The position numbers were made by a program, and so were the translations under genes. Under the pieces are notes generated by a model. That model did not search any database and had not been told where the DNA came from. It saw nothing but the letters and a program-made list of their open reading frames with translations. DNA of 64,000 bases from Vicugna vicugna (Eukaryota), in NCBI GenBank assembly GCA_013265495.1, contig MU058844.1, forward strand, positions 874,941 through 938,940, in the 5' to 3' direction. Of the stretch, positions 41,024 through 53,974 are shown one piece after another; within the stretch, counting starts at the first letter, position 1; the number at the start of each line of letters is the position of its first letter.

Positions 41024-41850
41024 GTAGTTCACTTATGTTAATATATGGATGCTAGAAAAAGGAACCTTGGGGAGGACAGCATTTTGGAGGAGTGTTGGAT
41101 AGTAAGCCACTCTCTATAAATTAGACTTGAAATTTGGAGTAACTAGAGAATCATTGAAAGGCAAGAATAGTTTGGTTTTTATTGAAGAACAGTGTAGTAT
41201 CACGGAAGGAAGATGAATTTTAGAGCTACACGGAGCTGAATTTAAATTTTACTTGACACACATTAGGTTTATGGTCACAGGGAAGTTAATCTTCTGAGCT
41301 AAATAGAATGGGGTCTTAGAGTTGTAAAGATATAGTAATATCTTTATTATTTATAACTATAAAGATGTAATAATGTATTTAAAGTACCTAGTGCTGTGCC
41401 CAGTGCCATGTGGAAGCAAAATAGTTGTTGGATAGTATATGGAAGTATAGCAAACTGATCTAAGAGTGTCAATGTGCATGGTAGACCACACAGTGATGGT
41501 CTGTGGAAACATCACTGGCCCACAGTGACATAATAAAAAACAAGACTAATGCTTAAATGGTTATAGATGTGTATGTGTACACACAATGTGTATATAAACA
41601 CACATATACTGACATACATTTTTTATGTGACTGTTCGGGAGGCACTGATGAAGGATTCAGCAAAGCTATGTCATCAGTTCCTATACCAACTTGATCTGAA
41701 ATCTAATAGGGGAATGCAGAACAAATAGGATATGGCCTCTCCTCTCAGGTAGCTTATAGTTTAATGAAGAAGCAGGTATGTAAAGAAAAAGAAAACTTAA
41801 ATAAAAAGGAGAATGAGAAAAATAAGTACTTTTTAAACTTTCTGAAAAAA

Positions 41851-42095
41851 TTTATTTTCTATTGAAGTGTAGTTGATTTACAATGTTAATTTCTGGTGTA
41901 CAGCAAAGCAGTTCAGATATAGATAAACATATAAATACACACACACACATATTTTTAGATTCTTTTCTAATATAGCTTACTCTGAGAAACTGAATATAGT
42001 TCCCTGTGCTGTATAGTAGGTTCTTGTTGTTTATGTATTTTATATATAGTAGTGTCCTTCTGTTATTCCCAAACTCCTAATTTATTCCTCCCCCC
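41851..42095 (-). mobile_element. Short L1 3'-end fragment (artiodactyl-type)
   Basis: tattgaagtgtagttgatttacaatg...gaatatagttccctgtgctgtatagtagg. Confidence 0.8.
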
Positions 42096-43643
42096 AGAGA
42101 AATTAGAACTTAATGAAAAATTCGGCTTTCCAGAGGAGCTAGCATTTGAACTGGGTCTTTGAAGATGATTATGATTTTGAAAGGTTAAAAAAAAAAGGAA
42201 AAAATTAGATATTTCAAGGAGAGGAAACAATATTAGCAAAGTTTGTGAAATTAAAAAAATGTCATTATAGAACATTAGCTATTGGAATACTTGGAAAGTG
42301 GAGAAGTGAGGGGAGATAAGGCTACAGAATTAGATGAAGTCAGAGCACAGTAGATGCTGTACAGTTGTTTCCACTTTTAAATTTTTAATATTGGAAGACT
42401 AAAGATTTTTAAGAAGGGAGAAATTGTCAGACCTGTTTTAGAGCAAAGAGTGATCAGTATGTGAAGGATAAGTTATAAATGACTGACTCTCTTGTCTGTA
42501 TTCTCCTTTGGAACTTGGGGTTTACTTCTATTAAAACAATTAACAAGTTGTGGCATTAAAAAAAAAAAATTTAACATCCCCACCAACAGATCTGAATTCT
42601 TCAGAGTCAGAGAAGTTTTTCTAACAAACAAGCTATCAATGATTTTTAAAAGATGAATGAATGAGTCTGTCATTTAGAGTAAATAAAATGAAGGCCCAAA
42701 TATGAGCCCAAAGGGCAATTATGATCATTGTTGAGACTTTCTAGAGGTCTTAGTTGAGAGCCACAAAGGCGAATACAGAGAAAGAAAACTTGATTTGCAG
42801 GGGGGAAAATGTTAAAGAAAAGAAGTAGTATTCTATAAAATAAAATGTTTAAATGCAGTATATAGCCTTTAACATGAAAAATGATGTCCAGGAATTCTTC
42901 ATCATGAAGAATCTGATTGGAGGTGACAAGGAATGTTACCATATAATATGGACAAGGATATAAATGTTGGATTTTGGAACAAGGGGGTCGCTGGTGACCT
43001 CAACAGCATTTTCATTGATGTAGTGTATTTATGTTAAAAGCAAGTGTTTATTTTTATACTATGCATACCTATATTTTAATTATGTCATAATATGTGTACA
43101 TCTCCTGAATCTTCTTAAAAGACTGAAGACAAATTGAGAGTTTAGAGGAATTGGACCTTACAAGATTTTTTCTTTTTTTCTGCGTCAAAATAAGCATGGT
43201 AATAAAGATGATCTGTAGAAATTTCCTGTTATTCTTGACTTTTTAGGAGTAGAAATGACATACTTCAACTCAGTAATGGCTTTTTAATTCTTTCATGTAG
43301 AAATTTCCCATAGTTCAACCTTAAGTTCTCATCTTCTAAAGCATATAGCACTGTATCTTTCATCAGAATGTGGTTTTTACTCTTAGTCTCCTGAGACCTG
43401 ATACTTGGGACTTCCCAGTGAAATCCTTCTTTTCTTTATTTAATTGCATTTTTGTTTTTTAAATTGGGACTTTTTGTATTTTACAGTTCTTTAATTTTGT
43501 AACTATGAGATACATTTCTCTTTATTAAAGTAGAATTTTAGGGGATAACTGCGATTCTCAGGAATCTTTGTATGGATTTCATTCTATATTTGGAACTGGT
43601 TCTTTGTATGCATACTGTTTTAAATAACTATTGTATGTTTCAG

Positions 43644-43826
43644 ACAGAACTTGAGAATAAACTACAGCAGCAGTCAACACAAGCTACACAGGAACTTGCA
43701 GCAGAGAAAGAGAAAATATCAGTGTTACAAAGCACCTATGAAAAAAGTCAGGAAAATTTAAAACAGCTTCAGTCTGATTTCTATGGGAAGGAATCTGAAC
43801 TTCTTGCCACAAGGCAAGATCTTAAG
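43644..43826 (+). CDS. EEA1: EEA1 coding exon
   Basis: tttcag|TELENKLQQQ...LATRQDLK|gtacag; 183 nt. Confidence 0.95.
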
Positions 43827-44154
43827 GTACAGTGAACTATATTATATCATAAAAACTCAGGAAGTTGCTTATAGACATTCATTAAACGGTTGATTTGAAT
43901 CCAAATGGGCATAGGAATGGTAGTATTTGTGGGCTATCATATTTGTTTTCTACTGACTTACTAGTTTTGGAGTAATATGCTTTTAAAAATTGAATTGTTT
44001 TAATTTATAACAACATATGTATGTAAATATAGGCATTTAAAGATAACATTTTTAATAGTGAAATAATTTGGAAGTATGTTAATTGCTATGTTAGGTTATC
44101 CTAAGGACTTTACTGCCTTTATGTAAAAAAATAACTTTTAAGAGAACTGCGACT

Positions 44155-44290
44155 GGGGAGGGAAATAGCTCAATGGTAGAACGCATGCTTAGGTGCATGA
44201 GGTCCTAGGTTCAGTTCCCAGTACCACCATTAAATAAAATTTCCTTACACGAAAAGAAATTTTTTTTTTAATTTTTAAATAAAAGAAAAA
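44155..44290 (+). mobile_element. tRNA-derived SINE, Vic-1-like (camelid)
   Basis: ggggaggg.atagctcaatggtaga (A box)...ggttcagttccc (B box), then AT-rich tail. Confidence 0.8.
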
Positions 44291-45578
44291 GCACTGTTGT
44301 TACAAAACCTAAGGAGTTTTAAATGTAAACCACTTGTGAAAATGCAAGCAATTTTACTGTTGCTTGTCAGGCACTATTGACTTTAGTTTTATATATTTGT
44401 CAGCTTTGCAAGACTACTGGATATAATGGTTAAAATTAGGAGTTTATAGCTCAAAATAAACTTAACGTTAATTATCTAAACATATATGGATATGTTTTGT
44501 CCTTGGCAGTACTATTTGATTAGATAAAGTATCGTGCTTACTAAAATGAAGGCTATGAATAAGGGTAAACTTTTTATGTAGCATAAGGTATCAGTTCTCT
44601 AAAGGAAATGAACATTTGTATTCTCATAGAAGTTTTAGCTAGTTTTTTTTTTTTTTTGGTCAAAGTGAAATATGCTTTTTGATTATTCCCTATGTTTGGA
44701 TTTTTTTGTTTCTTTGCTTCATTTAAAGTACATTATTAAAAAGTTCTGTTGAAAATCACAGAAAAAAGTACAACAGATGTATATATTTATATATACACAC
44801 TGTATATAAATTGTCTGTATTTTCTTCATTGGCTGTTAAGGGGAAGGCTTTGAAGGAGGAAAGACTTGACCAGGTCTTGAAGGATATAAGAATTTGAATA
44901 CACAGAGAGTTTTGAGAGAGATCAGCTTAGTCAGGGACACATGTGAGTAAAAGTGCTGCAGTGGAAATGAGCAAAACCAGGAGCCAGTCAGCGTAACTGT
45001 CTTGCTAGAATGCTGGTTTGTGTTAGGAAGTTAAAGTTAAAACGGTTGGAATTGTGAAGTATCTTAGCTAAGATACTTAGTGTGAAGTGTTGTGATGTAT
45101 CTTAGATGTCTAGCAAGGATGACAGGACTTTATATTTGGGGGAAAAATGAAGAATCTAAGCAGAGGAGTAAGTAACGAAAATTCAACTTTGGGCAACTTA
45201 ACCTGGAAGTGATTTACACACAGCTTGGTTTGGACCTGGGGTAAACTTGTGGGGAGATTAGTTAAGAAGCCATCTCTCTTCCTTCCTCCATAAACTCCAG
45301 TAATCTAGCTGTAAGTTGATTAGAATCCCAGGTTAAAGAGGATGTAAGAGAAGAGATTAATGGGAGAGAGAAGATGAAACAAAAGGGATGAATAATATAT
45401 TGGCTGCAAGGGAAGTAAAGGAATCAGTGGTGAGTAATGATCCGACAAAGGAAGAGGAGATTGGGTAAAAGAATTTTCAAAGAGCCAGCAGTAGCACCTT
45501 ATATATATATCTATATATATATATATAAGCTCAAAATTAGCAAGAGTTGTTTTAAGAAAGAAATACTACATGATATTT

Positions 45579-46550
45579 ATTTATTTAAAATTTATTTTAT
45601 TTTTTTTGTAGGGAGGTAATTACACTTATTTCATGTATGTATATATTTACCTATTTTTAGTTGAAGTGCGAGTTTTTTTGTCCAGTCTCTTTTTTTTTTT
45701 TATTGAAGTATAGTCAGTTACAATGTGTTAATTTCTGGTGTACAGCATAATGTCCCAGTCATGCATATACATACTTATATTTGTTTTCATACTCTTTTTC
45801 ATTAAAGGTTATTATAAGATATTGAATGTAGTTCCCTATGCTATACAGAAAAAATTTTTTTAATCTATTTTTATATATAGTGGCTAACATTTGCAAATCT
45901 CAAACTGCCAAATTTATCCCTTTCCATCTCCTTTGCCCCAGTAACCATAAGATTGTTTAATGAGTTCATTAGTGTCCTCTTTTTCCCCTTTTTTAGATTC
46001 CACATATGAGTGATATCATATGGTATTTTTTTTCCCCCTCTTTCTGGCTTACTTCACTTACAATGATGATCTCCAGGGACATCCATGTTGCTGCAAATGG
46101 CATTATTTTATTTTTTTATGGCTGAGTAGTATTCCATTGTATAAATACACCACAACTTCTTTATCATGTCATTTGCCGCCATTATGGAAAATAGTATGGA
46201 GATTCCTCAAAAAAACTAAAAAGAGACTTACCACATGATCCAGCAATCCCACTCCTGGGCATATATCTGGAGGGAACTTTTAATTTGAAAAGATACATGC
46301 ACTCCAATGTTCACAGCAGCACAATATACAACAGTCAAGACATGGAAGCAACCTAAATGTCCATTGGCAGATGACTGGATAAAGAAGTTGTGGTTTATTT
46401 ATATAATGGAATACTACACTCAGCCATAAAAAGAATAAAGCCATTTGCAGCAACATGGATGGGCCTACTTTATTTTTCAGTGGAGGCACTGGGGACTGAA
46501 CCCAGGACCTCGTGCGTGCTAAGCACTCTACCACTGAGCTATACCCTGCC
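45579..46550 (-). mobile_element. Vic-1-like SINE split by an L1 insertion
   Basis: Head at 46468-46550 (ggggactgaacccaggacctc...ctaccactgagctataccc); tail at 45579-45669 (gggaggtaatta); degenerate TSD tactacatgatattt/taccacctgacattt (12/15). Confidence 0.75.
45690..46462 (-). mobile_element. 5'-inverted L1 insertion
   Basis: Poly-T plus antisense 3'UTR at 45690-46165, then + strand ORF2-end segment at 46173-46462 (gatccagcaatcccactcctgggcatatatc). Confidence 0.85.
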
Positions 46551-49238
46551 TACCACCTGACATTTAGAAAGTGTCTTACTTTCTATACTCTCTAAGTAGC
46601 TTTAAATTATTATTACTGTTTTTTCTTTACAATACTATTGGAAGTCAGGGAAAGTTTTGAGGAAGTTTGGACTTTATCCTAAAATAACTGGGAACCTCTG
46701 AAAGGACTGACAAATTCTATGTTAATTCTTCCAAAATGAGAAGTAATTGAACTATTTAAGAAGTTTACTAGGGAAGTACAAATAATATTTACAGGCCAGA
46801 TTAAGGGCTAAGTTATCAGCCATTATTTGTCTTTTGCTTCAGTGATGTTATATGATCTTAGGTATAAGAGAAAGGGAGAGGTTCAGAACCTTGTGACATA
46901 ACACATACCTACCTAAGTCAAGGCTGCCATCTGTGGGCTGACAATATACACACACCAAGACACCAGTAGAATGGAAGACTGACTGGCTTGGTCTATGCCT
47001 TTAGCCCCATCTGCTGGATTATGTATGAAATACTTACTTTTGTTGACTGGCTATTTCAATTTGGCTATGCTGTGTACTAGTCTTTGTTGTCCAGGAAAGG
47101 TAGAGGTGGAATTTAACTGTAAGTTCTGTACCCTAAGTGAAGTGAAAATTCTAGGATAATAAGTTTAGAATTAAATATAAATCTTCTTAGTCTAATACTA
47201 TTCCTTATGTCATTTCATCAGACATCAAGAAAAGTACTAACTAAAATGTTAAGTTTTATTTTGAAAGAAGGAAGGGAAAAATTGTTGAAGAGACCAAAAC
47301 CAACAATAGCTACTACAGAACACTGCAGAAATTCTTTTTTGGCTACACTACTGTAATGTGACTGGGACAGGGCTGGTAGCTATCTACTCAGGGATTTGCT
47401 TATTTGGGAGTAGTTGGGTTAAAGATAGCCCCAATAAAACCACTGAATGTGAGAGGGAATTCTCTAAGGGGAAAGATGCTAAGCAGATGAAAATAACATG
47501 GTCTGCAACAAGAAAGACAAAAGGAATATCTGAAATGCATGGCAGCTTACTGCTGAATGACTTAGATGAATATTCAGAGGCAAAGTAGAGCAGTATGTCT
47601 GGGCATATTCAGAAGACACTAGTGTAGATTTTAAGCTTGACTTAAAAGATTTAGTCACTAAGTTTTTATCAGTTTGAAGTTTTATAGGCTGTTAATTAAA
47701 CCATGGGCATCTTGGAATTCTTGTGGTCAGAGACTGGGGGTACTGTTGCTTCTGGGCTCCAGCAAGCCTTTATTCTTTAGCATTAGATCAGGACCTGTAT
47801 CACTTAATTACTACTCTTGCTGCAGACTGTATGGACTAGGCTTTGTCAAATTTTACTCTCTTTCTCTGAAATCACTCACCCTTTTTGATACTTAGGTCAG
47901 TTCCTGTATGCCCACAGAGCCTTCTGTAAACATTTCACAGCGAACTCTCTCACTCGTTTTTCTGTGCATCTGGTGCATAGCAAGTGCTCTGCTACCCTGT
48001 ACAGCTTCTGTTTTACATGCTGGTTCTGTTTGTCAGGGACCATCTTTTAGCCTCCTGTCTACCTCAGAAGTGTGCTCAATGAATGGTTAGCTGCTTGATT
48101 AGTAAAGGACTAGATGATTTAGGTCCTTCCCCAAAAAGAAGCTTTATGGTCCTTACTATTCTATTGGAAGCCACTGAAAATGGAAATTTAATTTGTATCA
48201 GAAAGATTTCTGAACTGGATTATTTGTAAGGAATAAACTTTCTCTTTCAGGAAGCTTAGTGAGTACTTTACATAAGGTTTTCATTCACTTATTTTTCATT
48301 TTTTTTTATTGAATGCCTATTACAGCCAAGTCTAACCAGCAGGGATCTTTTGTGAATTGTATCTTATGCCTCCTTTTCAAAAACACAAGTCTTCAGAATA
48401 AGAAAGATAAACAACTTCTAGATGGTGGAAGAGCATCTTATATTTCCCTCCTATATTGATTCTTAGCTGAGAGGAGCAAGGTTCCTGCCATTTCTCATTA
48501 CCCACGTGGTACCAAATATACCCCCAAATCAAAACCTCATAGGTCAAAAAGCTCGCTTTTTCCTCCAGCTTCAGCTTCAGCTTCTCAAAATATCTGGGCC
48601 TTAGAACAGTCAGTAACTTTGGACTATGGTAAGTGGCAGTGCTACTTCTACCAAACAGATGAGAAGTTAAAAGGATCTGGTAATGGCTTTGTCAGAAATA
48701 GAGCCTCAGAAGTCTAGTTGACTTTGCTCTTTTTTCACTTGATCAGGTTGGCAGATTTGTAACACAGTTGTTGGTTTATTTCCTCTAAGACAAAAAATCC
48801 TTTTTATTTTTTAGAAAGTATGTCAAGGGACATCAGATCCCATAAAATGTAAATGTACATATCATACAGCATTTTATTATCTTTTTAAATTACTCTTTTT
48901 TCATGCCTACCCATATCTTCTAACCATGTATATATTCTGAATGTGTTAGATACAGTTGCTACTTATTTGATATTCTTCATATTAATACCTATAGATTATT
49001 TTAGAACTTTTAGAATTGCTTCAGTTTTATAAAGTATTTTATACTATAAATGTTTTCCATAGGCAAGAGAGTTAATTACCTAGCATTCTTTTTGTGTCAT
49101 CTTACCAAAGGGCATAACATACTATCTTTTTAAAGTATATTACTTTCCACTATGCTAGTGTTAACTGCTTTGTTTCTGCAGAAATTTTCTAAAAAAAAAA
49201 AAAGACACATAATAATTGGGGGAAATTGTTTTTATAAG

Positions 49239-49424
49239 TCTGTAGAAGAGAAGCTTTCTCTAGCACAGGAGGACTTGATTTCAAACAGAAATCAAATTGG
49301 AAACCAAAATAAATTGATTGAAGAACTAAAGACTGCCAAGGCTACATTGGAGCAAGATTCAGCAAAGAAAGAACAGCAACTGAAGGAGCAGTGTAAAGCA
49401 CTACAAGATATTCAGAAAGAAAAG
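49239..49424 (+). CDS. EEA1: EEA1 coding exon
   Basis: tataag|SVEEKLSLAQEDLISNRNQ...DIQKEK|gtattt; 186 nt; weak AAG acceptor. Confidence 0.92.
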
Positions 49425-50600
49425 GTATTTTATATTCTGACTAAATCTAGAATCTTAGAGTTTTGATGACCATAGAAGTCATCTAGTCAAACCTCCTACC
49501 CAATATGGGTGTCACCTTTATTTTCAGCAGCTAACTGGAATTCTAATGCTAGGAAGTACTTCTTTATAGGTTCTTTGTCATTTCTACCCATTTTGTTACT
49601 TCTCTTTTTAGTTGTACGAACAAATCTGTTTTTTTACATCTCAGACCCTTGGTTATTCAAAAATAAGTATTATATTCTCTCAACTATTTCTTACTAGCAT
49701 GTTATCCTCTGGATGTATGAATGGAATAATTCTTAAGCTTGTTAAAAATTCTTAAAGTTAAGAGCCAGCTTTTTTTAAGAGGAAGTAGGGGTATATTTTA
49801 TATAAATGATGCTAAGTTATAAAATTGAAAGCATCGTATTATATGACCAGTACCTTTAAAGATCAGTTAAAATTCCATGTGAAAGAGAAATTCAGTTTCT
49901 AGGAAATATTTTATTTTTGAATTTCATAATTGAAATCATTTATTTCCATCAGCTGATAGGATAGGATATTATTCTTAACTGTACAATTCCTGAAATTCTT
50001 GGTGTATCTTATGAAATTCCTGAAATTATCTTTAAAAATTTGGGGATGTTTTTGTGGGGATGGGGCTGGTGAAGCTATGAAGTTTATGCTTTGTTTAAGT
50101 CAAGTTTTGAAAATTTTGACAGAACTATACTTTATAGGCCTTTAACTGCAAGGGCTTTATTTAGATCAGGGAAATCTTGTTTTAGTTTTGGCTCTGCTTC
50201 TAATAGATTATTTAATTTCCTTTACTTGTAAATTAAGGATTAAAAAGAGCTACTTGGTATAGAGAGTTAAACCAGATAATGTATAACACTTCCCCCAGAT
50301 GTCTTATATAAAGATAGTGATGGTAATAATGATTATATTATTAATAAGCGTAAGATGGTAGCTTTGGCTAAACTTTAGTGCCAGGTCAAAATAAGAATAC
50401 TATGTACTTTTATATTAACTGTAACTATTTAATCTCAGTCTTACTATTATACTATTATTGTTCATTTTGTATAAATAAGGACATAGAGGCAAGAGAAGGT
50501 AAGTAATTTGTTCAAGTTTACTTAGGTGGAAAGGGGCTTATTACATTCATTTTCAGTTAAGTGTTTACTTTAAAATTATTTTAAAATCATTTTTATACAG

Positions 50601-50732
50601 TCGTTGAAAGAAAAAGAACTAGTAAATGAAAAATCTAAATCGGCAGAGTTAGAGGAAATTAAGTGTAGACAAGAAAAAGAAATTGTTAAACTGAGTGAAG
50701 AACTCAAATTGCACAAGCAAGAAAGCATAAAG
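50601..50732 (+). CDS. EEA1: EEA1 coding exon
   Basis: atacag|SLKEKELVNEKSK...HKQESIK|gtatgt; 132 nt. Confidence 0.95.
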
Positions 50733-51653
50733 GTATGTAAAGATAACCATTATTCTTCCTTCTGTATTATATTAGTGTTTAAAAAAATTATATAAATATA
50801 TACTTATTGATTGAGAACCTACTATGTTCCAGGCACATTGTTTTGCTGTTTTTGACAAATACTCTTGCTCTCACAGTGCTCTTGTATTGCATAACATCCA
50901 TACATATTGAAACTGTTACTTTTGTTTTTAGATTATTGAATAACCCAAAGTAATCCTAAAAGTTTAGATTTTGAGATGATAAGAGAGCTGCCGATTAAGA
51001 AAATTATGATTGTAGATAGTAAACTTTGAAATATGTAAGAATTTAGAATTAAGATGTTAAGGGAGTCCATTTTTAAAATTGTTCTTCCTAAAGTCTTTTA
51101 GTAATCTCTTGTTTAGAACATTTTTCCTGTCATTAGCATGGCTAAGGAGCCAGCTGAAGAAACTGTTTATAATTTACTTTGTAAAATATTATTCATTTTC
51201 TTAGAGAAAGGTTAGATTCTCTCTTGAGTGCTCTCATAATACTAATGTTTATCAGTATATTTGCCATTCTGTTTTATGATTATCTCTTTATGCCATTATG
51301 TGCTTCCAGACTTCCTTAAAGCAGGGAGTGTATATAATTTATCTTTAGGTATCTCCCTAGATGGTGACCGATAAATGCTTGCTAAATGAAGAAAGGGAAA
51401 ATAGAGGGTAGAAATTTTCCACATAATTTAATCAACATATGCATGCAAAGCATCACTTGAATTTAAATGATTGTTGAGCAGGAAGTAAATAATCTTGCAC
51501 CTTTTAAACTAACTTTAAAATACTGAACCTCAAGAGTCTCATAAGAGACTCAAACTCGTATTGTTTATATTGTAATAAGTTGCATAAGTTTCAGCTACAG
51601 TTTGAAATACTTACTCTAACGGATGATTTATTTTGCCCCTACTTATTAAATAG

Positions 51654-51839
51654 GAGGTAACAAATCTCAAGGATGCCAAACAGCTTTTGATTCAGCAGAA
51701 ATTAGAGCTTCAAGGGAAAGTTGATTCTTTGAAGGCAACCCTTGAACAGGAGAAGAAAAACCAGCAAATGCTAAAAGAGCAGATGAGAAAGGAAGAAGAT
51801 GAGCTGAAGAAGGAATTTATGGAGAAGGAAGCTAAACTG
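51654..51839 (+). CDS. EEA1: EEA1 coding exon
   Basis: aaatag|EVTNLKDAKQLLIQQKLELQG...MEKEAKL|gtctgt; 186 nt. Confidence 0.94.
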
Positions 51840-52712
51840 GTCTGTAATTAATGGCGAGAAGTGTGTTTTGTAATTGATTTTGTAAATTATTCCAGTAAGA
51901 GGATTTTTCTTAAAAGTTATGATTCAGATGCTCACCAAACATTTTAATTTTTGGCTGATAGGAGATCTGATTTATTTAAATAGCTGACGTGTGATTGGAA
52001 ATATTTTATTCTGTAATAAGTGAAAATCCAACAAAACATTATTTAAAAAGTAAAAACACTTCTACTGCCAGAGAAACAGACAAACTCATACCTGTGTAGA
52101 TTAGCATGAATGCTGATCATGTTCAAAAACATCATGTTTGGTCAAAGTGAATGCTGATAAGGGGGAACGGAAACTTCAGTTTGGAATTATGATGACCAAA
52201 GTCTACTTTTCCTTCCCTAACTTGTGCCTGCCAAATGGGAAGCATCTGGCTTTCCTCTACTGAATTAAGTCCAAATATCCCCAGATAACTTGACTGCTCA
52301 ATGTTTTTGTTAAGGAATTGCAATTTCAAGTTCACACGGTGATTTGAAGTATTGTTTTTTGGCAGGGTGATACAGGCAAAAGGATGCATGTGGAATTTGA
52401 GACATAAGAAAATGCCGGCTTTGTCTCCAGGGCACCTTGGTATCCCTAACTATTTTTCCCTTGCTCTAGTGGGGAAAAAAAGGGAAAAATCTCAAATTGA
52501 TTTTATAAGAGGCTTGCTGACCGTCATTTCAGCATCATTGCCTTTAAGCCAGTTCAAATCACACAGATGTTTGTGGAATCCATTTCATTAGTGCCTTCTT
52601 TCCTAAAGCAGTAGGATTATTTATGTTGCCAATATTTAAAATTAACAACTAAGGTTTATTTTGTACTACTTTTGTAATGGTTTTTTCACCCACTATTTTT
52701 TCCTTTTCTCAG

Positions 52713-52951
52713 CATTCCGAAATAAAAGAAAAAGAAGTAGGAATGAAGAAGCATGAAGAAAACGAAGCCAAGTTTACCATGCAGATTACAGCATTAAATG
52801 AAAACTTGGGCACCGTAAAGAAGGAGTGGCAGTCCAACCAACGGCGAGTCGGCGAGCTCGAGAGACAGACAGATGACTTACGGGGTGAAATTGCAGTATT
52901 GGAGGCAACAGTTCAGAATAATCAAGATGAAAGAAGAGCACTACTAGAAAG
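52713..52951 (+). CDS. EEA1: EEA1 coding exon
   Basis: tctcag|HSEIKEKEVGMKKHEE...ERRALLE(AG)|gtgatt; 239 nt, phase 0/2. Confidence 0.96.
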
Positions 52952-53213
52952 GTGATTGATGTCTAGTGAAATTAGTTTATTCCCGTTCTAAGTGATAAAA
53001 AAGACGGTCTTATTTCACGTTTAAAAAAACAGAAGTCTTGGGAAAAGTGCTCCTGCAGCTATTTAAGCAGCCATTTAAAAATTAACCCTTACAACAGTCA
53101 GCCAGTTGAAATTCATGTATTATATTTAAAATTACTATGTAGTTCATTACCTGTGTTCAGGGAGGATCTTTAATGATTTTTTAAAAATTAACTGTTTTTG
53201 CAATCCATTCTAG

Positions 53214-53334
53214 GTGTCTTAAAGGAGAAGGGGAAATAGAAAAACTTCAAACCAAAGTACTAGAATTGCAGAGAAAGCTGGATAACACAACAGCAGCAGT
53301 GCAGGAGCTGGGCAGAGAAAATCAGTCCCTTCAA
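53214..53334 (+). CDS. EEA1: EEA1 coding exon, C-terminal coiled coil next to the FYVE domain
   Basis: ttctag|(G)CLKGEGEIEKLQTKVLELQRKLDNTTAAVQELGRENQSLQ|gtacgt; 121 nt, phase 2/0. Confidence 0.96.
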
Positions 53335-53875
53335 GTACGTCACCTTGTGACTTGTGATATGAGGCAGGTTTTTAGTCTAGAATTTACCTCTTAATGAAAA
53401 GCATATTTTCAGCCTTTAACAAAAATCTGATATACTTATGGCTACTGTGTAACAGTATTGTAGGTGTCATGGGTAATTAAATATAAGATTTAAAGAACTT
53501 ACCTGAGATCCCAGGGATTAGAGCACCATGTCATTCATGACCTGTCACTATTGGGAGAAGTCAAGAACAAAGAATGAGTCACTATGTGTTAAAGTGATGT
53601 GAATATATGCTCAAGAGTGCCAAGGAAGAATGAGAGGGAAATCACCAAAGGTTAGAAATTACCAGTGCCTCTGGGGAGTAAAATTTGCTTTAGTTTGCTT
53701 TATTTTTTGTCATTTATACTTAAGAATGTAGCATCTTTTGATAACAGAACTTGACCAAAAATTTTCTGATTTTTACAATGTTATCCATTTAAAAACTTAG
53801 GCACAGAATTAGAAATTATCAGTCATTCTTTACAACATTGACTACTGTAACAATATTGTAACTTTTTTTTAATAG

Positions 53876-53974
53876 ATCAAACATACACAAGCTTTGAATA
53901 GAAAGTGGGCTGAAGACAATGAAGTACAAAACTGTATGGCCTGTGGGAAAGGCTTTTCAGTAACAGTGAGACGG
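53876..53974 (+). CDS. EEA1: EEA1 coding exon, N-half of FYVE zinc finger
   Basis: aatag|IKHTQALNRKWAEDNEVQNCMACGKGFSVTVRR|gtaaat; WxxD motif and first CxxC; 99 nt. Confidence 0.98.

Noticed and set aside
43641..43647. Tandem acceptor cagacag
   Set aside because: The second AG is 4 nt downstream and would frameshift; nothing suggests it is used.
44155..44230. tRNA gene (A and B boxes)
   Set aside because: Has a ggggaggg leader, a degenerate cloverleaf and an AT-rich tail, and a related copy lies at 46468-46550; it is a SINE.
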